Shown: piece after piece, positions 9,664 through 18,901 of the stretch
Numbering within the stretch: the first letter of the stretch is position 1
Layout: the number at the start of each line of letters is the position of its first letter
Source of the DNA: Chloroflexota bacterium
GTDB lineage: Bacteria; Chloroflexota; Limnocylindria; Limnocylindrales; CSP1-4
Assembly: GCA_016191425.1 (NCBI GenBank)
Contig: JACPOR010000006.1
Span: 9,711 to 73,710 of the forward strand
Direction of reading: 5' to 3'
Length of the DNA: 64,000 bases
Notes under the pieces: generated by a model
The model's input: the letters and a program-made list of their open reading frames with translations, nothing else
Databases searched by the model: none
What the model was told of the DNA's origin: nothing
Program-made: the position numbers and the translations under genes

Positions 9664-10250
9664 CAGGTCGGCTCGTCTTCGCGCTTGGCGATGAAGATGC
9701 CGCCGATCACCGCCGCGAGCAGGAGCACGCTGACGACCTCGAACGGCAGGACATAGTCGCCGAACAGCACTCGGGCGAGGGTGTCGGTGGCCAGGCGGAC
9801 GCGTGACGACGCCTCGCCCCAGTCCGTCGCGCTCACCGCGAGGGCGATCAGGACGACGAGGATGATGGCCGCCACCGCGGCCGAAGCGGCCTGTGTCTGG
9901 AACACGAGCCTGGCCGGTCCGGCCTTCGACTGGGTGAGCATGATCGCGAACAGGATCAGGACGCTGATCGCGCCGATGTAGACGATCACCTGAGCCGCGG
10001 CGACCAGGGGCGCCCCGACCACGACGTAGATCCCGGCCAGGGCAAGGAAGGCCACGATCATCGCGAGGCCGCAGCGAATGATGTCCCGCATCGTCACCAC
10101 CAGCAGGGCCGACGTGAGCATCAGGGTCGCGAGGGCAGCGAACAGCGCATCGTCGACCGAGCCACCACCCAGCACGAACACGATCAGGGCTGGTGTGGTG
10201 ATGATCGCGCCTGCGACCGCTGCGGAGAGGAGGTAGAGCCAGCCTCGCAT
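9663..10250 (-). CDS. nuoJ: NADH-quinone oxidoreductase subunit J
   Basis: NuoJ-like TM protein ending ...FIAKREDEPT; start placed at internal Met (MRGWLYLL...), exact start uncertain by a few codons. Confidence 0.75.
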   Translation of the reverse strand: MRGWLYLLSAAVAGAIITTPALIVFVLGGGSVDDALFAALATLMLTSALLVVTMRDIIRCGLAMIVAFLALAGIYVVVGAPLVAAAQVIVYIGAISVLILFAIMLTQSKAGPARLVFQTQAASAAVAAIILVVLIALAVSATDWGEASSRVRLATDTLARVLFGDYVLPFEVVSVLLLAAVIGGIFIAKREDEPT

Positions 10251-10257
10251 CCGTCGT

Positions 10258-12753
10258 CTACTTCGTGTGGGCGTGGGTGCTGCCCGCACCACCGTGGCCA
10301 TGCCCGTGTCCGTCGGCGACGAGGGCTGAGCCGTTTCCGTTGGCCGAGCTCACGGATGCGGGGAGCATCGGCAGGAGCTTCGCGCGATCGACGAACCGTC
10401 CCTCTTCGACGGCGCGCTGCAGCCAGTCGCGTTCGCGGCGAATGTAGCTGACCTCGGTCTCACGGTCGACGGTGGCGAGGGCCATGAGGTCGATCATCGG
10501 CTCCGACCGACTGGTGTGGGCAGTCTCGAACTCGCCGCCGTCGCGGAGCGCGTCGTACGGACAGGCGTCGACGCAGATGCCGCAGAGGATGCACCGACTC
10601 TCGTCAACCTCGTACTTCTGGAGCACGCGGGGCTTGGGCATCAGCGCCCCGGTCGGGCAGGTCTCGGCGCAGCGGCCGCAGGACACGCAGGGCGTGTCGT
10701 TGAGGCTCATGTCGAGCGGCGTCGTCACCAGCGTGTCGAAGCCGATGCGCATGAAGTCGTAGCACGCCGCGCCGACGACCTCGGCACAGACGTTCGCGCA
10801 ACGGCCGCAGTCGATGCAGCGGGATGGCTCGCGCAGGATGAAGGCGTGGCTGTCATCCCGGATGTAGTCGTGGTTGACGCCCGTGAACCGGTTCTCGGTC
10901 ACGCTCCGGTACCCGGCCCCCTGATGGTGCTGTGGCTCGAGCGTCTTGAGCGTCGTCCCGTATTCGATGCCGAGTCGACGGAGGTCGCAGAACCCGATTG
11001 CCTCGCAGGTGCACTGCAGGCAGCGGGTGGACTCGGCGACCGCCTCGGCGAGCGAGTACGGGATTTCGTACTCGACGTAGCTCGCGTTCCGGTCCTCGGC
11101 CTCGAGCGCCTTCATCCGATAGCGCGGCTCCTTGACCTCCGAGGTGAAGGGCACGATCGAGAGGAACTCGGGCTGCGGCTCGGCCAGCGTCTGGCGAGTC
11201 TTGATCTCGGACAGGTCGTGGCCGCGCAGGTATGCGTCGACCGCGTAGGCGGAGCGTCGGCCCTCCGCCACGGCCTGGACCACCGTCGCCGCGCCGATTC
11301 GGACGTCCCCGGTCGCGAACACGCCTCGACGTGTTGTTTCGAAGGTGACCGCATCCGCCTGCAGGCGCCCCTGCTTCGTGGCCGTGATGCCCTCAAATCC
11401 ATGGCCCACCCAGGACAGGTCAGGCCCCTGGCCGATCGCGAGCAGGACACGGTCACAGGGGATGATGAACTCCGTGCCGGCTGCGGGCTCCGGACGTCTT
11501 CGACCCGACGAGTCCGGCGCACCAAGCTGCATCCGGATGAACTCGACCCCGCTGACCTTGCCCGTCGTCGCGTCGACCACGACCCGGGTCGGGCCGGCCT
11601 GGAAGATCGCCGTGACGCCTTCCTCGATTGCCTCATGGACCTCGCCGGACGCGGGCATGTCCTTCATGTCGCGCCGGTAGACGAGCGTGACCTCGCGAGC
11701 GCCCTGGCGAACCGATGTCCGGCTGCAGTCCATCGATGTGAAGCCACCGCCGATGACGACCACCCGCTTGCCCTCGTGACCGGGATAGGGCAGGCCCAGG
11801 GTGGCCGTGCGCAGGTATTCCAGGCCATCGATGACCCCGTCGGCGTCCTCGTTCGGGATCCCGAGCTTGTTGGTGTGGTAGCAGCCGATCGCGATGAGGA
11901 CCGCATCGAAGCCCTGGTACTGCAGGTCGTCCAGCGTGAAATCGCTCCCGAGGCCCTGGTTGCAGACCACCTTTCCGCCGAGCCGGGTGACGGATTCGTA
12001 CTCGGCCTCGAGGACTTCGACCTTCGGCAGACGGTACTGCGGGATGCCGTAGCGGAGCATGCCGCCCGGCGCCGGGTCGCGCTCGAAGACGGTCACGTCG
12101 TGGCCGCTGATGAGCAGGTAGTACGCGGCCGCCATGCCCGCCGGCCCGGAGCCGATGATGGCGACCTTGCGGCCGGTCTTCGGCTGGAGGTCGAACGGGA
12201 CGGGCGGGTCGATCCCGTCGTCGAGCATCTGGCGGAGCACTTCATCGCCCGCGTATCGGTGGCTGTCCCGGATGGCGATGGCCTCGTCCACCTCGTCCCG
12301 GCGGCAGTGGTCCTCGCACGGAGCGGGACAGACGCGGCCGAGGACGGACGGGAAGGGGATGGTCCGCTTGAAGATCCGCGTCGATTCGCGCCAGTTGCCC
12401 TCGGCGTTCTGCTTCAGGAACCCGGGGATGTCGATGTGGCTGGGGCACTTGTTCTGACAAGGCGGCAGACAGTAGGCGTTATGGTCCGAGAAGATCAGCT
12501 CGAGGTTCGTCCTCCGGAGACGTCGCAGCTCCTCCGTCTGCGTCTGGACCTTCATGCCGTCCTCGGCCGCCCGGGAACAGCTGATTGGTGGGTACTCCTC
12601 GCCCTCCACCTCCACGACGCACATCCGGCATGCGCCGAAGCCGGGGAGTTTCGGCTCGTAGCACAGGGTGGGGATCTCGATCCCGTTGTCCCGGCAGACC
12701 TCGAGGATGGTCTGCCCCTCGAGGCCCTCGACGATCTGCCCATCCACTTCCAT
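10258..12753 (-). CDS. NuoG-position fusion protein: NuoG-like N-terminal [2Fe-2S]+[4Fe-4S] domains, GltD-like NAD(P)H/FAD oxidoreductase domain, C-terminal 4Fe-4S ferredoxin repeats; no molybdopterin-like domain
   Basis: From ATG 12753: MEVDGQIVEG...IPTLCYEPKLPGFGACRMCVVEVEG (NuoG/Fdh 2Fe-2S), HNAYCLPPCQNKCP (His/Cys3 cluster), CPAPCEDHC plus GSGPAGMAAAYYL / VVVIGGGFTSMDC / ATGDVRIG (GltD-like Rossmann motifs), then three C-x2-C-x2-C-x3-C(P) motifs. The longer ORF start 12936 is TTG and overlaps nuoF. Confidence 0.7.
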   Translation of the reverse strand: MEVDGQIVEGLEGQTILEVCRDNGIEIPTLCYEPKLPGFGACRMCVVEVEGEEYPPISCSRAAEDGMKVQTQTEELRRLRRTNLELIFSDHNAYCLPPCQNKCPSHIDIPGFLKQNAEGNWRESTRIFKRTIPFPSVLGRVCPAPCEDHCRRDEVDEAIAIRDSHRYAGDEVLRQMLDDGIDPPVPFDLQPKTGRKVAIIGSGPAGMAAAYYLLISGHDVTVFERDPAPGGMLRYGIPQYRLPKVEVLEAEYESVTRLGGKVVCNQGLGSDFTLDDLQYQGFDAVLIAIGCYHTNKLGIPNEDADGVIDGLEYLRTATLGLPYPGHEGKRVVVIGGGFTSMDCSRTSVRQGAREVTLVYRRDMKDMPASGEVHEAIEEGVTAIFQAGPTRVVVDATTGKVSGVEFIRMQLGAPDSSGRRRPEPAAGTEFIIPCDRVLLAIGQGPDLSWVGHGFEGITATKQGRLQADAVTFETTRRGVFATGDVRIGAATVVQAVAEGRRSAYAVDAYLRGHDLSEIKTRQTLAEPQPEFLSIVPFTSEVKEPRYRMKALEAEDRNASYVEYEIPYSLAEAVAESTRCLQCTCEAIGFCDLRRLGIEYGTTLKTLEPQHHQGAGYRSVTENRFTGVNHDYIRDDSHAFILREPSRCIDCGRCANVCAEVVGAACYDFMRIGFDTLVTTPLDMSLNDTPCVSCGRCAETCPTGALMPKPRVLQKYEVDESRCILCGICVDACPYDALRDGGEFETAHTSRSEPMIDLMALATVDRETEVSYIRRERDWLQRAVEEGRFVDRAKLLPMLPASVSSANGNGSALVADGHGHGHGGAGSTHAHTK

Positions 12754-12907
12754 TCGGATGGCCGGCGTGGACTGCGGGCGCTGCGGCGACTGCGTGGTGA
12801 GCAGGTGCTCGGCCAGTGTGTCCTCGCAGGGCGCGATGGTATCGAGGACGGCCGGCGTATCCGGGCGGGACTCGGCGCGCGTGATCAGGTCAGCCAAGGT
12901 CGGGGCC

Positions 12908-14239
12908 TCAATGCGTTGCGCTCGCCGCCATCGCAATTGGATGACAGACGCCCGCAGGGCAGGAGCCGCGCTCGAGATGCTCGTCGAGCTCCGCTCGGAA
13001 GTATCGCATCCCGCTGACCAGCGGGAGTGTCGTCAGGCGCTCGTGGTCGCACAGGGCCGAACCGACGATGTCTGCCGCGAGATCGGTGAGGAGATCCAGA
13101 TCACCGGCGCGCGACGTTCCGGCGGCGAGGCGATCCCCGATCTCGGACAGGCGGCGCGTTCCGATCCGGCAGGGGATGGTCTTGCCGCACGCCTCATCGG
13201 CACAGTAGCGGGTCAGGACGCGGGCAAGATCCACGATGCACGCCCGATCATCGGCAACGATCACGGACCCGGAGCCGATATGGGCGCCGGCGGCCCGGAG
13301 CGCCGCAAAGGTGTACGGAACATCCAGTGCATCCGGCGGCAGGATCCCGCCCGAGGGTCCGCCGACCAGGACGGCCTTCAGCTTCCGGGCACCCGTCGGG
13401 GTGCCGGCCAGGGCCGCGACGTCGCGGAGGGAGGTGCCCAGCGGGATCTCGGCCACGCCCGACGCCTCCGGCCCGCGAACCTGCACGAGGATCGTGCCGG
13501 GACATTCGGCCGCGCCGATCCTTGCGAACGCTTCTGGGCCGTTGACCACGATCCACGGGATCGTGGCGAGCGTCTGGACATTGTGGACGACGGTCGGCAG
13601 GCCTCGAAGACCGCGGGTGGCCGGGTGCGGCGGCCGCTGCTCGGGCTGGCCGCGCTTGCCTTCGAGGGCCTTGAGGAGGATCGTCTCCTCGCCGAGCAGG
13701 TAGGCGCCCTGGACCGTGCGGACGCTGAGGTCGAGGTGATGGCCGGGCCCGAACGCGTCGAGACCGACGAATCCCGCGTCCTGGGCGGCCCCGACGGCCG
13801 TTTTGAGGATGCGAATCGTGGCTCCGGCATCCGCCCGCACGGCGATGATCGCCTCATCCGCACCGATGGCGAACGCGGCGATGGCCAGCCCCTCGATGAT
13901 CGCGTAGGGGTTCCGCTCCATGAGCACGCGATCGGTGGCCGACGACGGGTCCGCTCCATAGCCGTTCGCCACCACGACCCGACTGCTGGCCGGCGTGGCA
14001 CTCGCCGCTCGCCACTTGTCGGCCGACGAAAAGCCGGCCCCGCCACGGCCGCGCAGTCCGGACGCGCCGATCGCGGCGGTCGTACCCGTCGCTCCAAGGT
14101 CGCGCAACGCGAGACGGAGGCCGGCGAACGCCCCGGCCGCCATCGCCGCCTCGAGGTCCGTGGGATCCGCCGCGTCCTTGCCTGGCAACAGGATCGCCGG
14201 CCAGCTCCTCGGTGTCGGGAGGATCGTGACGTCGGTCAT
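12908..14239 (-). CDS. nuoF: NADH-quinone oxidoreductase subunit F (51 kDa), divergent
   Basis: GLRGRGGAGFSSADKW, YLLGEETILLKALEG, PHPATRGL.GLPT and C-terminal 4Fe-4S cysteines (CGKTIPC...LCDHE) match NuoF. The CNADE(S/M)EPG motif is altered to ANGYGADPS. ATGA overlap with upstream nuoI/E' stop. Confidence 0.8.
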   Translation of the reverse strand: MTDVTILPTPRSWPAILLPGKDAADPTDLEAAMAAGAFAGLRLALRDLGATGTTAAIGASGLRGRGGAGFSSADKWRAASATPASSRVVVANGYGADPSSATDRVLMERNPYAIIEGLAIAAFAIGADEAIIAVRADAGATIRILKTAVGAAQDAGFVGLDAFGPGHHLDLSVRTVQGAYLLGEETILLKALEGKRGQPEQRPPHPATRGLRGLPTVVHNVQTLATIPWIVVNGPEAFARIGAAECPGTILVQVRGPEASGVAEIPLGTSLRDVAALAGTPTGARKLKAVLVGGPSGGILPPDALDVPYTFAALRAAGAHIGSGSVIVADDRACIVDLARVLTRYCADEACGKTIPCRIGTRRLSEIGDRLAAGTSRAGDLDLLTDLAADIVGSALCDHERLTTLPLVSGMRYFRAELDEHLERGSCPAGVCHPIAMAASATH

Positions 14240-14916
14240 GCGTCGTCGCCCCCGCCGCCGCTGAGCGATGCCCCGAGGCCGGCCAGGAATGCCTGCTCGG
14301 CCGGACGACGGGCGGCCATCGCCGCCGCTTGCTCCAGCAGGGCCGGAGGCTCGAAGCGAAGGTGCCCGTAGAAGGACGCGGTTCCGTAGATCTGGGCGTA
14401 CCAGGTGCCGGTCACCTGGCTGATCCGCTTGAGCGCGCCAACCGGCAGGTAGCCGTAGTGAGCCTGCGTCGCCTCGAGGATCGCCAGCAGGTGGGCCGGG
14501 TCGTGATCGAAGCCTTCGAGGATGTCATCCACGGCACCAACGTCCACGCCCTCGAAATGGTCGTAGGCGGGATCCGGGACGGTCCGTCCGGAGCGTCGGA
14601 GCGCCGATTCCTCGCGCCGTTCGCCGTAGGTCTCGGCGGCGCCCCAATGGACGTGGAAGCGGCCCTTGGTGTCCATCCCGCCCATGTCGATGCACTCGAT
14701 CGGGCAGGCCTGGGCGCACTGGAAGCAGGTTTCGCACTTGAGGGTGCCGTACTCGTCGTAGAGCAACTGGAGGCGGCCCCTGAATTTCGGGGGAATGTCC
14801 GCCCGGACCTCCGGGTACCGGATGGTGGCCTTCGGCTCGAAGAACCGCCGGAGGGTCAGGGCCATGCCCCGGACCATGCCGGACCCCGGAACGAGGCGTA
14901 TCGGATTCATGCTCAT
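14236..14916 (-). CDS. NuoI-like (single Fe-S motif) fused to NuoE-like N-terminal helical domain
   Basis: From MSMNPIRL: YPEV...PKFRGRLQL...CETCFQCAQACPIEC matches the NuoI N-half (one CxxCxxCxxxCPxxC motif), and the second ferredoxin motif is absent. The C-half (FEGVDVGAVDDILEGFDHDPAHLLAILEATQAHYGYLPVGALKRISQVTGTWYAQIYGTASFYGHLRFEP) matches the NuoE N-terminal domain, but the thioredoxin-like 2Fe-2S (N1a) domain and its cysteines are absent. ATGA overlaps on both sides. Confidence 0.65.
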   Translation of the reverse strand: MSMNPIRLVPGSGMVRGMALTLRRFFEPKATIRYPEVRADIPPKFRGRLQLLYDEYGTLKCETCFQCAQACPIECIDMGGMDTKGRFHVHWGAAETYGERREESALRRSGRTVPDPAYDHFEGVDVGAVDDILEGFDHDPAHLLAILEATQAHYGYLPVGALKRISQVTGTWYAQIYGTASFYGHLRFEPPALLEQAAAMAARRPAEQAFLAGLGASLSGGGGDDA

Positions 14917-16250
14917 GAGCCGACGATCACGACTGCCGCGGCGGTCACGAACAGGTTGAGCAAGGCGGCCGGCAGGAGCCACTTCCACGCGAACCCCATC
15001 AGCTGGTCGATCCGCACGCGCGGGAGGGTGCCCCGCATCCAGACAAAGACGAAGACGAAGCCGAACGTCTTGGCCATGAACCAGACGAGCCCGGCGACCC
15101 AGTCGAAGCTCACGTATGCCCAGGCGAAGGTCAGGCCGCCGGCGACAACGTTGAACAGGACGAACCCGATGATCAGCGCCACCCACCAGCGCATCGAGCT
15201 GCGCGCGAGGTAGAAGGGCGCCGCCAGCGCGAGGGTTCCGATTATCGGCACGAGGGCGATCAGGAACAGGAGCGGGATCCCGAGCGAGCCCGGGTACAGG
15301 GGGATCGACAGGGCCGGAAACGGGAACGGTGCGTTCCACCCTCCGAGAAACAGCACGGCTGCCAGCGCTGAGAGGATGAACACGTTCACGTATTCGGCGA
15401 AGAAGAAGAACCCGAAACGCATGCCTGAGTACTCGGTGGCAAAACCGGCCACGATCTCCGAATCGGCTTCAGTCAGGTCGAACGGCGTGCGGTTGGCCTC
15501 TGCTGTGGCTGCGATGAAGAAGATCACGAAGCCGAGTGGCTGACGGAACACGAACCAGTCGGTGAACCAGCCGGATTGCTGCTGGACGATCTGATTCAGG
15601 CTCATGGTCCCGGCGAGGATCAGCAGGCCGACGACCGACAGGGTGAGCGGGATCTCATAGCTGACGATCTGTGCCGCCGAGCGGAGGCCACCCAGAAGCG
15701 AATACTTGTTGAAGCTGGACCAGCCACCCATCAGCAGTCCGACGACACCCATCCCGCCGACCGCGAAGAAGTACAGCAGCCCGATGTTGAAGTCCTGGCC
15801 GTACAGGCCGGGGGCGAACGGCAGCACCAGGAGCGTCATGACCGCGGCCGCGTAGGTCACGACCGGCGCCCAGGTGAACACGATCGGGTCTGCGGCAGTC
15901 GGCGTGAAGTCCTCCTTGATCAACACCTTGAGACCGTGGACGACGGACAGCAGAGAGCCCCATGGCCCGACGCGGTCCGGGCCGACCCGCAGGTTCATGA
16001 GGGCGATCACCTTCATCTCGAGGTAGATGTTCAGGAAGGCGATCGGGATCGTGATGACGAGGATGATCGTGGCCGCCGCGAGGAATCGGACGAAGCCGAG
16101 ATTCGCGAGGATGAGGTCCGCCGCGGTGCCGCCGAACAGCACGATCAGCGCCACCAGGCCAGCCCCGAGCACCGCGAGCAGCGGCACGAGCGTGAACACG
16201 ATCCTGCCGGGCAGGGTCAAGCGCCCCCAGGCGCGCGAAACGGCCGTCAT
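14913..16250 (-). CDS. nuoH: NADH-quinone oxidoreductase subunit H
   Basis: 445 aa polytopic membrane protein with NuoH/ND1 sequence features. Confidence 0.9.
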   Translation of the reverse strand: MTAVSRAWGRLTLPGRIVFTLVPLLAVLGAGLVALIVLFGGTAADLILANLGFVRFLAAATIILVITIPIAFLNIYLEMKVIALMNLRVGPDRVGPWGSLLSVVHGLKVLIKEDFTPTAADPIVFTWAPVVTYAAAVMTLLVLPFAPGLYGQDFNIGLLYFFAVGGMGVVGLLMGGWSSFNKYSLLGGLRSAAQIVSYEIPLTLSVVGLLILAGTMSLNQIVQQQSGWFTDWFVFRQPLGFVIFFIAATAEANRTPFDLTEADSEIVAGFATEYSGMRFGFFFFAEYVNVFILSALAAVLFLGGWNAPFPFPALSIPLYPGSLGIPLLFLIALVPIIGTLALAAPFYLARSSMRWWVALIIGFVLFNVVAGGLTFAWAYVSFDWVAGLVWFMAKTFGFVFVFVWMRGTLPRVRIDQLMGFAWKWLLPAALLNLFVTAAAVVIVGS

Positions 16251-16371
16251 CGATGATCACCGGTCGCCGAGGCAAGACCAAAGCGGAGCCGAGCACGCGA
16301 GCGAGCGCACCCACGCGTGCGTGAGCGAGGGAGCGCAGGCGACAACGCAGGGATGGTCCGGCGGACGGCCC

Positions 16372-17601
16372 TCATTTGTCGACTCCTCCCATGACCGGAT
16401 CGAGGGAGGCCATGATCGCCATGCAGTCGGCGATCAGGTCACCGCGCATGAGCAGGCCGACCGACTGGAGGTGGACGAAACTCGGGTCGTGGATCCGCAT
16501 CCGGAACGGCTGGTCCGTGCCGTCGCTGATCGCGTAGGTCGCGTACTGCCCACGCGGGCCCTCGATGGCCGCGTAGGCCCGGCCGGGTCGGGGGCGAAGC
16601 AATCGCGGCAGTTTCGCCATGATCGGGCCATCCGGCATCTGGTGGAGGCACTGGTCGATGATCCGGAGGCTCTGTTTGATCTCCTCCATCCGGAGCAGGT
16701 AGCGGGCCAGGGAGTCACCCTCGGTCCGGGTCGGGATATCGAAATCGAGTTCGGGATAGATCGAGTACGGGTGCGCCCGCCGGACGTCGAAGGGACTGCC
16801 CGTGGCGCGCAGGTTGGGCCCCGTCATGCACATCGCCAGGGCCGTCTCCGTATCCACGACGCCGAGACCGCGGGCGCGCCGGACGAAGATCTCGTTCTGG
16901 TTGAGGAGCGTGAGGTTGGCCTCGATCTGCCCCGTTGCGCGGCTCATCCAGTCGCCAAGGCGACTCATGAAGTCGTGATTCAGGTCCCCGTTGACGCCGC
17001 CGATCCGGAAGTAGTTGAAGAGCATCCGCTGGCCCGTCAGCGCGGCCAGCATCTCGACGATCTCGTCGCGCTCGATGAACGACCAGAGAATCGGGGTGAG
17101 GCCGCCGAGATCGAGGGCGAACCAGCCCATGAACAGGGCGTGGCTCGCGATCCGGTTGAGCTCACCGGACAGCACCCGGATGTACTCGGCACGGCGCGGG
17201 ACGTCGACGTCGAGGAGCTTCTCGAAGGCCATGACGGGTGACCACTCGCAGAACAGCGAGCTGACGTATTCGAGCGGGTCAACCTGGCTGATGACCTGGT
17301 GGTAGTCGGCGTTCTCGCACAGCTTCTCGACCCCGCGATGGAGGTAGCCGAGGACGGGATCCAGATCCACGACCTTCTCGCCGTCGAGTTTCAGGACGAT
17401 GCGCAGGACGCCATGGGTGGACGGATGCTGCGGTCCCATGTTCAGGAACATCTGTCCATCGCCGAGCGTGTAGAACTCGGCCTCCCGCTCAGTCCTCGGC
17501 GGGTACGGTGGAACGGTTCCGAAGACGCCGATCTCGTCGTCCAGGAGGACGCGCGGGTCGTCGGCCGATGCGTGCCGGCCGGGATGTGAGGTCGTCGTCA
17601 T
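16372..17601 (-). CDS. nuoD: NADH-quinone oxidoreductase subunit D (49 kDa)
   Basis: 409 aa; MFLNMGPQHPSTHGVLR..., YLHRGVEKL, C-terminal region typical of NuoD. Confidence 0.9.
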   Translation of the reverse strand: MTTTSHPGRHASADDPRVLLDDEIGVFGTVPPYPPRTEREAEFYTLGDGQMFLNMGPQHPSTHGVLRIVLKLDGEKVVDLDPVLGYLHRGVEKLCENADYHQVISQVDPLEYVSSLFCEWSPVMAFEKLLDVDVPRRAEYIRVLSGELNRIASHALFMGWFALDLGGLTPILWSFIERDEIVEMLAALTGQRMLFNYFRIGGVNGDLNHDFMSRLGDWMSRATGQIEANLTLLNQNEIFVRRARGLGVVDTETALAMCMTGPNLRATGSPFDVRRAHPYSIYPELDFDIPTRTEGDSLARYLLRMEEIKQSLRIIDQCLHQMPDGPIMAKLPRLLRPRPGRAYAAIEGPRGQYATYAISDGTDQPFRMRIHDPSFVHLQSVGLLMRGDLIADCMAIMASLDPVMGGVDK

Positions 17602-17613
17602 CGGGCCGCCCGC

Positions 17614-18159
17614 CTACGCCTTCACGCGGCGGATCGCGCCGGCCGAGGTGCCCTGCGGGGCGTGGCTTCGCTCCATGGGCCGGACCCCGCCGCCGGGGGA
17701 ACGCGCGGCATCGTCGGGGAGGAAGAAGTCCTTCCGGAGCGGAAAGCTTGTGTAGTCAGGCGGCATGTAGATGCGCCGCAGGTCGCGGTTGCCCTCGAAC
17801 ACGATCCAGAACATGTCGTAGGCCTCGCGCTCCATCCACTCCGCGCCCTTCCAGAGGAAGGTGATCGAGGGGGTCCGCGGCTCGTCGCGGGCGATCCCTT
17901 CGGCCACGACCCGCAGCCAGTCCGAGGTCGTTTCACTCCAGAGGTGATAGACGACCTGCATCTGCTCGCCGGTGTCGACGCCGGCCAGGTCGGACAGCAT
18001 CAGGAAGCGGAACTCCGGCTCGTCGTGGAGCGCCCGGAGCACATCGGGGGCCGCCGCCGCCGGGATCCGCAGCTCGGTCTCGTCGTGACGCTGGCGAATC
18101 GGTTCGGTCGCGACATCGCCGAACCTGGATTCCAGGCGTGCCCTGAAGGCTCGATCCAC
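17614..18159 (-). CDS. nuoC: NADH-quinone oxidoreductase subunit C (30 kDa)
   Basis: 181 aa with NuoC-like core (WKGAEWMEREAYDMFWIVFEG); separate from nuoD. Confidence 0.85.
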   Translation of the reverse strand: MDRAFRARLESRFGDVATEPIRQRHDETELRIPAAAAPDVLRALHDEPEFRFLMLSDLAGVDTGEQMQVVYHLWSETTSDWLRVVAEGIARDEPRTPSITFLWKGAEWMEREAYDMFWIVFEGNRDLRRIYMPPDYTSFPLRKDFFLPDDAARSPGGGVRPMERSHAPQGTSAGAIRRVKA

Positions 18160-18160
18160 C

Positions 18161-18901
18161 TCAGACTCCAGGCGGAACGGTGGGGCCGATGGCGCGCTCC
18201 GGCCAGTGGCCGCGGCGATCCTTGACGATCTGCTGGAGCTTCATCATCCCGTAGATGAGGCCCTCCGGGCGGGGCGGGCAGCCGGGGATGTAGACGTCCA
18301 CCGGCATGACCCGGTCGATTCCCTCGATCGTGCTGTAACTGCGCTTGTAGCGCCCCCCGGAACAGGTGCAGTCGCCCATCGCGACACACCACTTGGGCTC
18401 GGGCATCTGCTCCCACAGGCGGACGAGCGGGCCCGCCATCTTCGTGGTCAGGGTGCCGGCGACGATCAGGACGTCCGCCTGGCGCGGCGAGGCGCGGAAC
18501 GGGAACATGCCCCAGCGATCCATGTCGTTCTTCGAGGTCGCGGCGCTCATCATCTCGATCGCGCAGCAGGCAAGGCCCGACAGGAGCGGCCAAAGGCTGT
18601 TGGCCCGCAGGAGATCGAGCACGACGTCGGCCTTGGTCGGGATCACCTCGAGCAGGCCGGACCATCGGGCGTCGTCGCGGCGGGACACGTCGCTGGCCGC
18701 AACCTCGGCAAGGTGCGCGAGGCCGCTGTCCGTTCCGCCGTTGTAGGCGGTCCCGGCGGCGGAAGTCCACAGGTCGTTCTTCACGACGATGGGCGCCGTG
18801 ACACCCGAGGTCCCCGGAACGACGAGGGCCGTCGAGCCGATGCGTGCGCGACCCTCGCGGGCAGCGACGCCGGCGGGCTCCGGGTCGTCGTTCATCGCCA
18901 C
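18161..18901 (-). CDS. nuoB: NADH-quinone oxidoreductase subunit B (N2 cluster subunit), with ~75-aa N-terminal extension if the ORF start is used
   Basis: NSLWPLLSGLACCAIEMM...GDCTCSGG...PGCPP motifs; true start may lie downstream of the ORF start (canonical NuoB core begins around residue 80). Confidence 0.85.
   Translation of the reverse strand: MAMNDDPEPAGVAAREGRARIGSTALVVPGTSGVTAPIVVKNDLWTSAAGTAYNGGTDSGLAHLAEVAASDVSRRDDARWSGLLEVIPTKADVVLDLLRANSLWPLLSGLACCAIEMMSAATSKNDMDRWGMFPFRASPRQADVLIVAGTLTTKMAGPLVRLWEQMPEPKWCVAMGDCTCSGGRYKRSYSTIEGIDRVMPVDVYIPGCPPRPEGLIYGMMKLQQIVKDRRGHWPERAIGPTVPPGV

Noticed and set aside
10516-14371. Large + strand ORFs (833 aa, 567 aa) opposite the nuoG-like and nuoF genes
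   Set aside because: Antisense shadow ORFs with no domain-like sequence; the minus-strand genes carry clear Fe-S and flavoprotein motifs.
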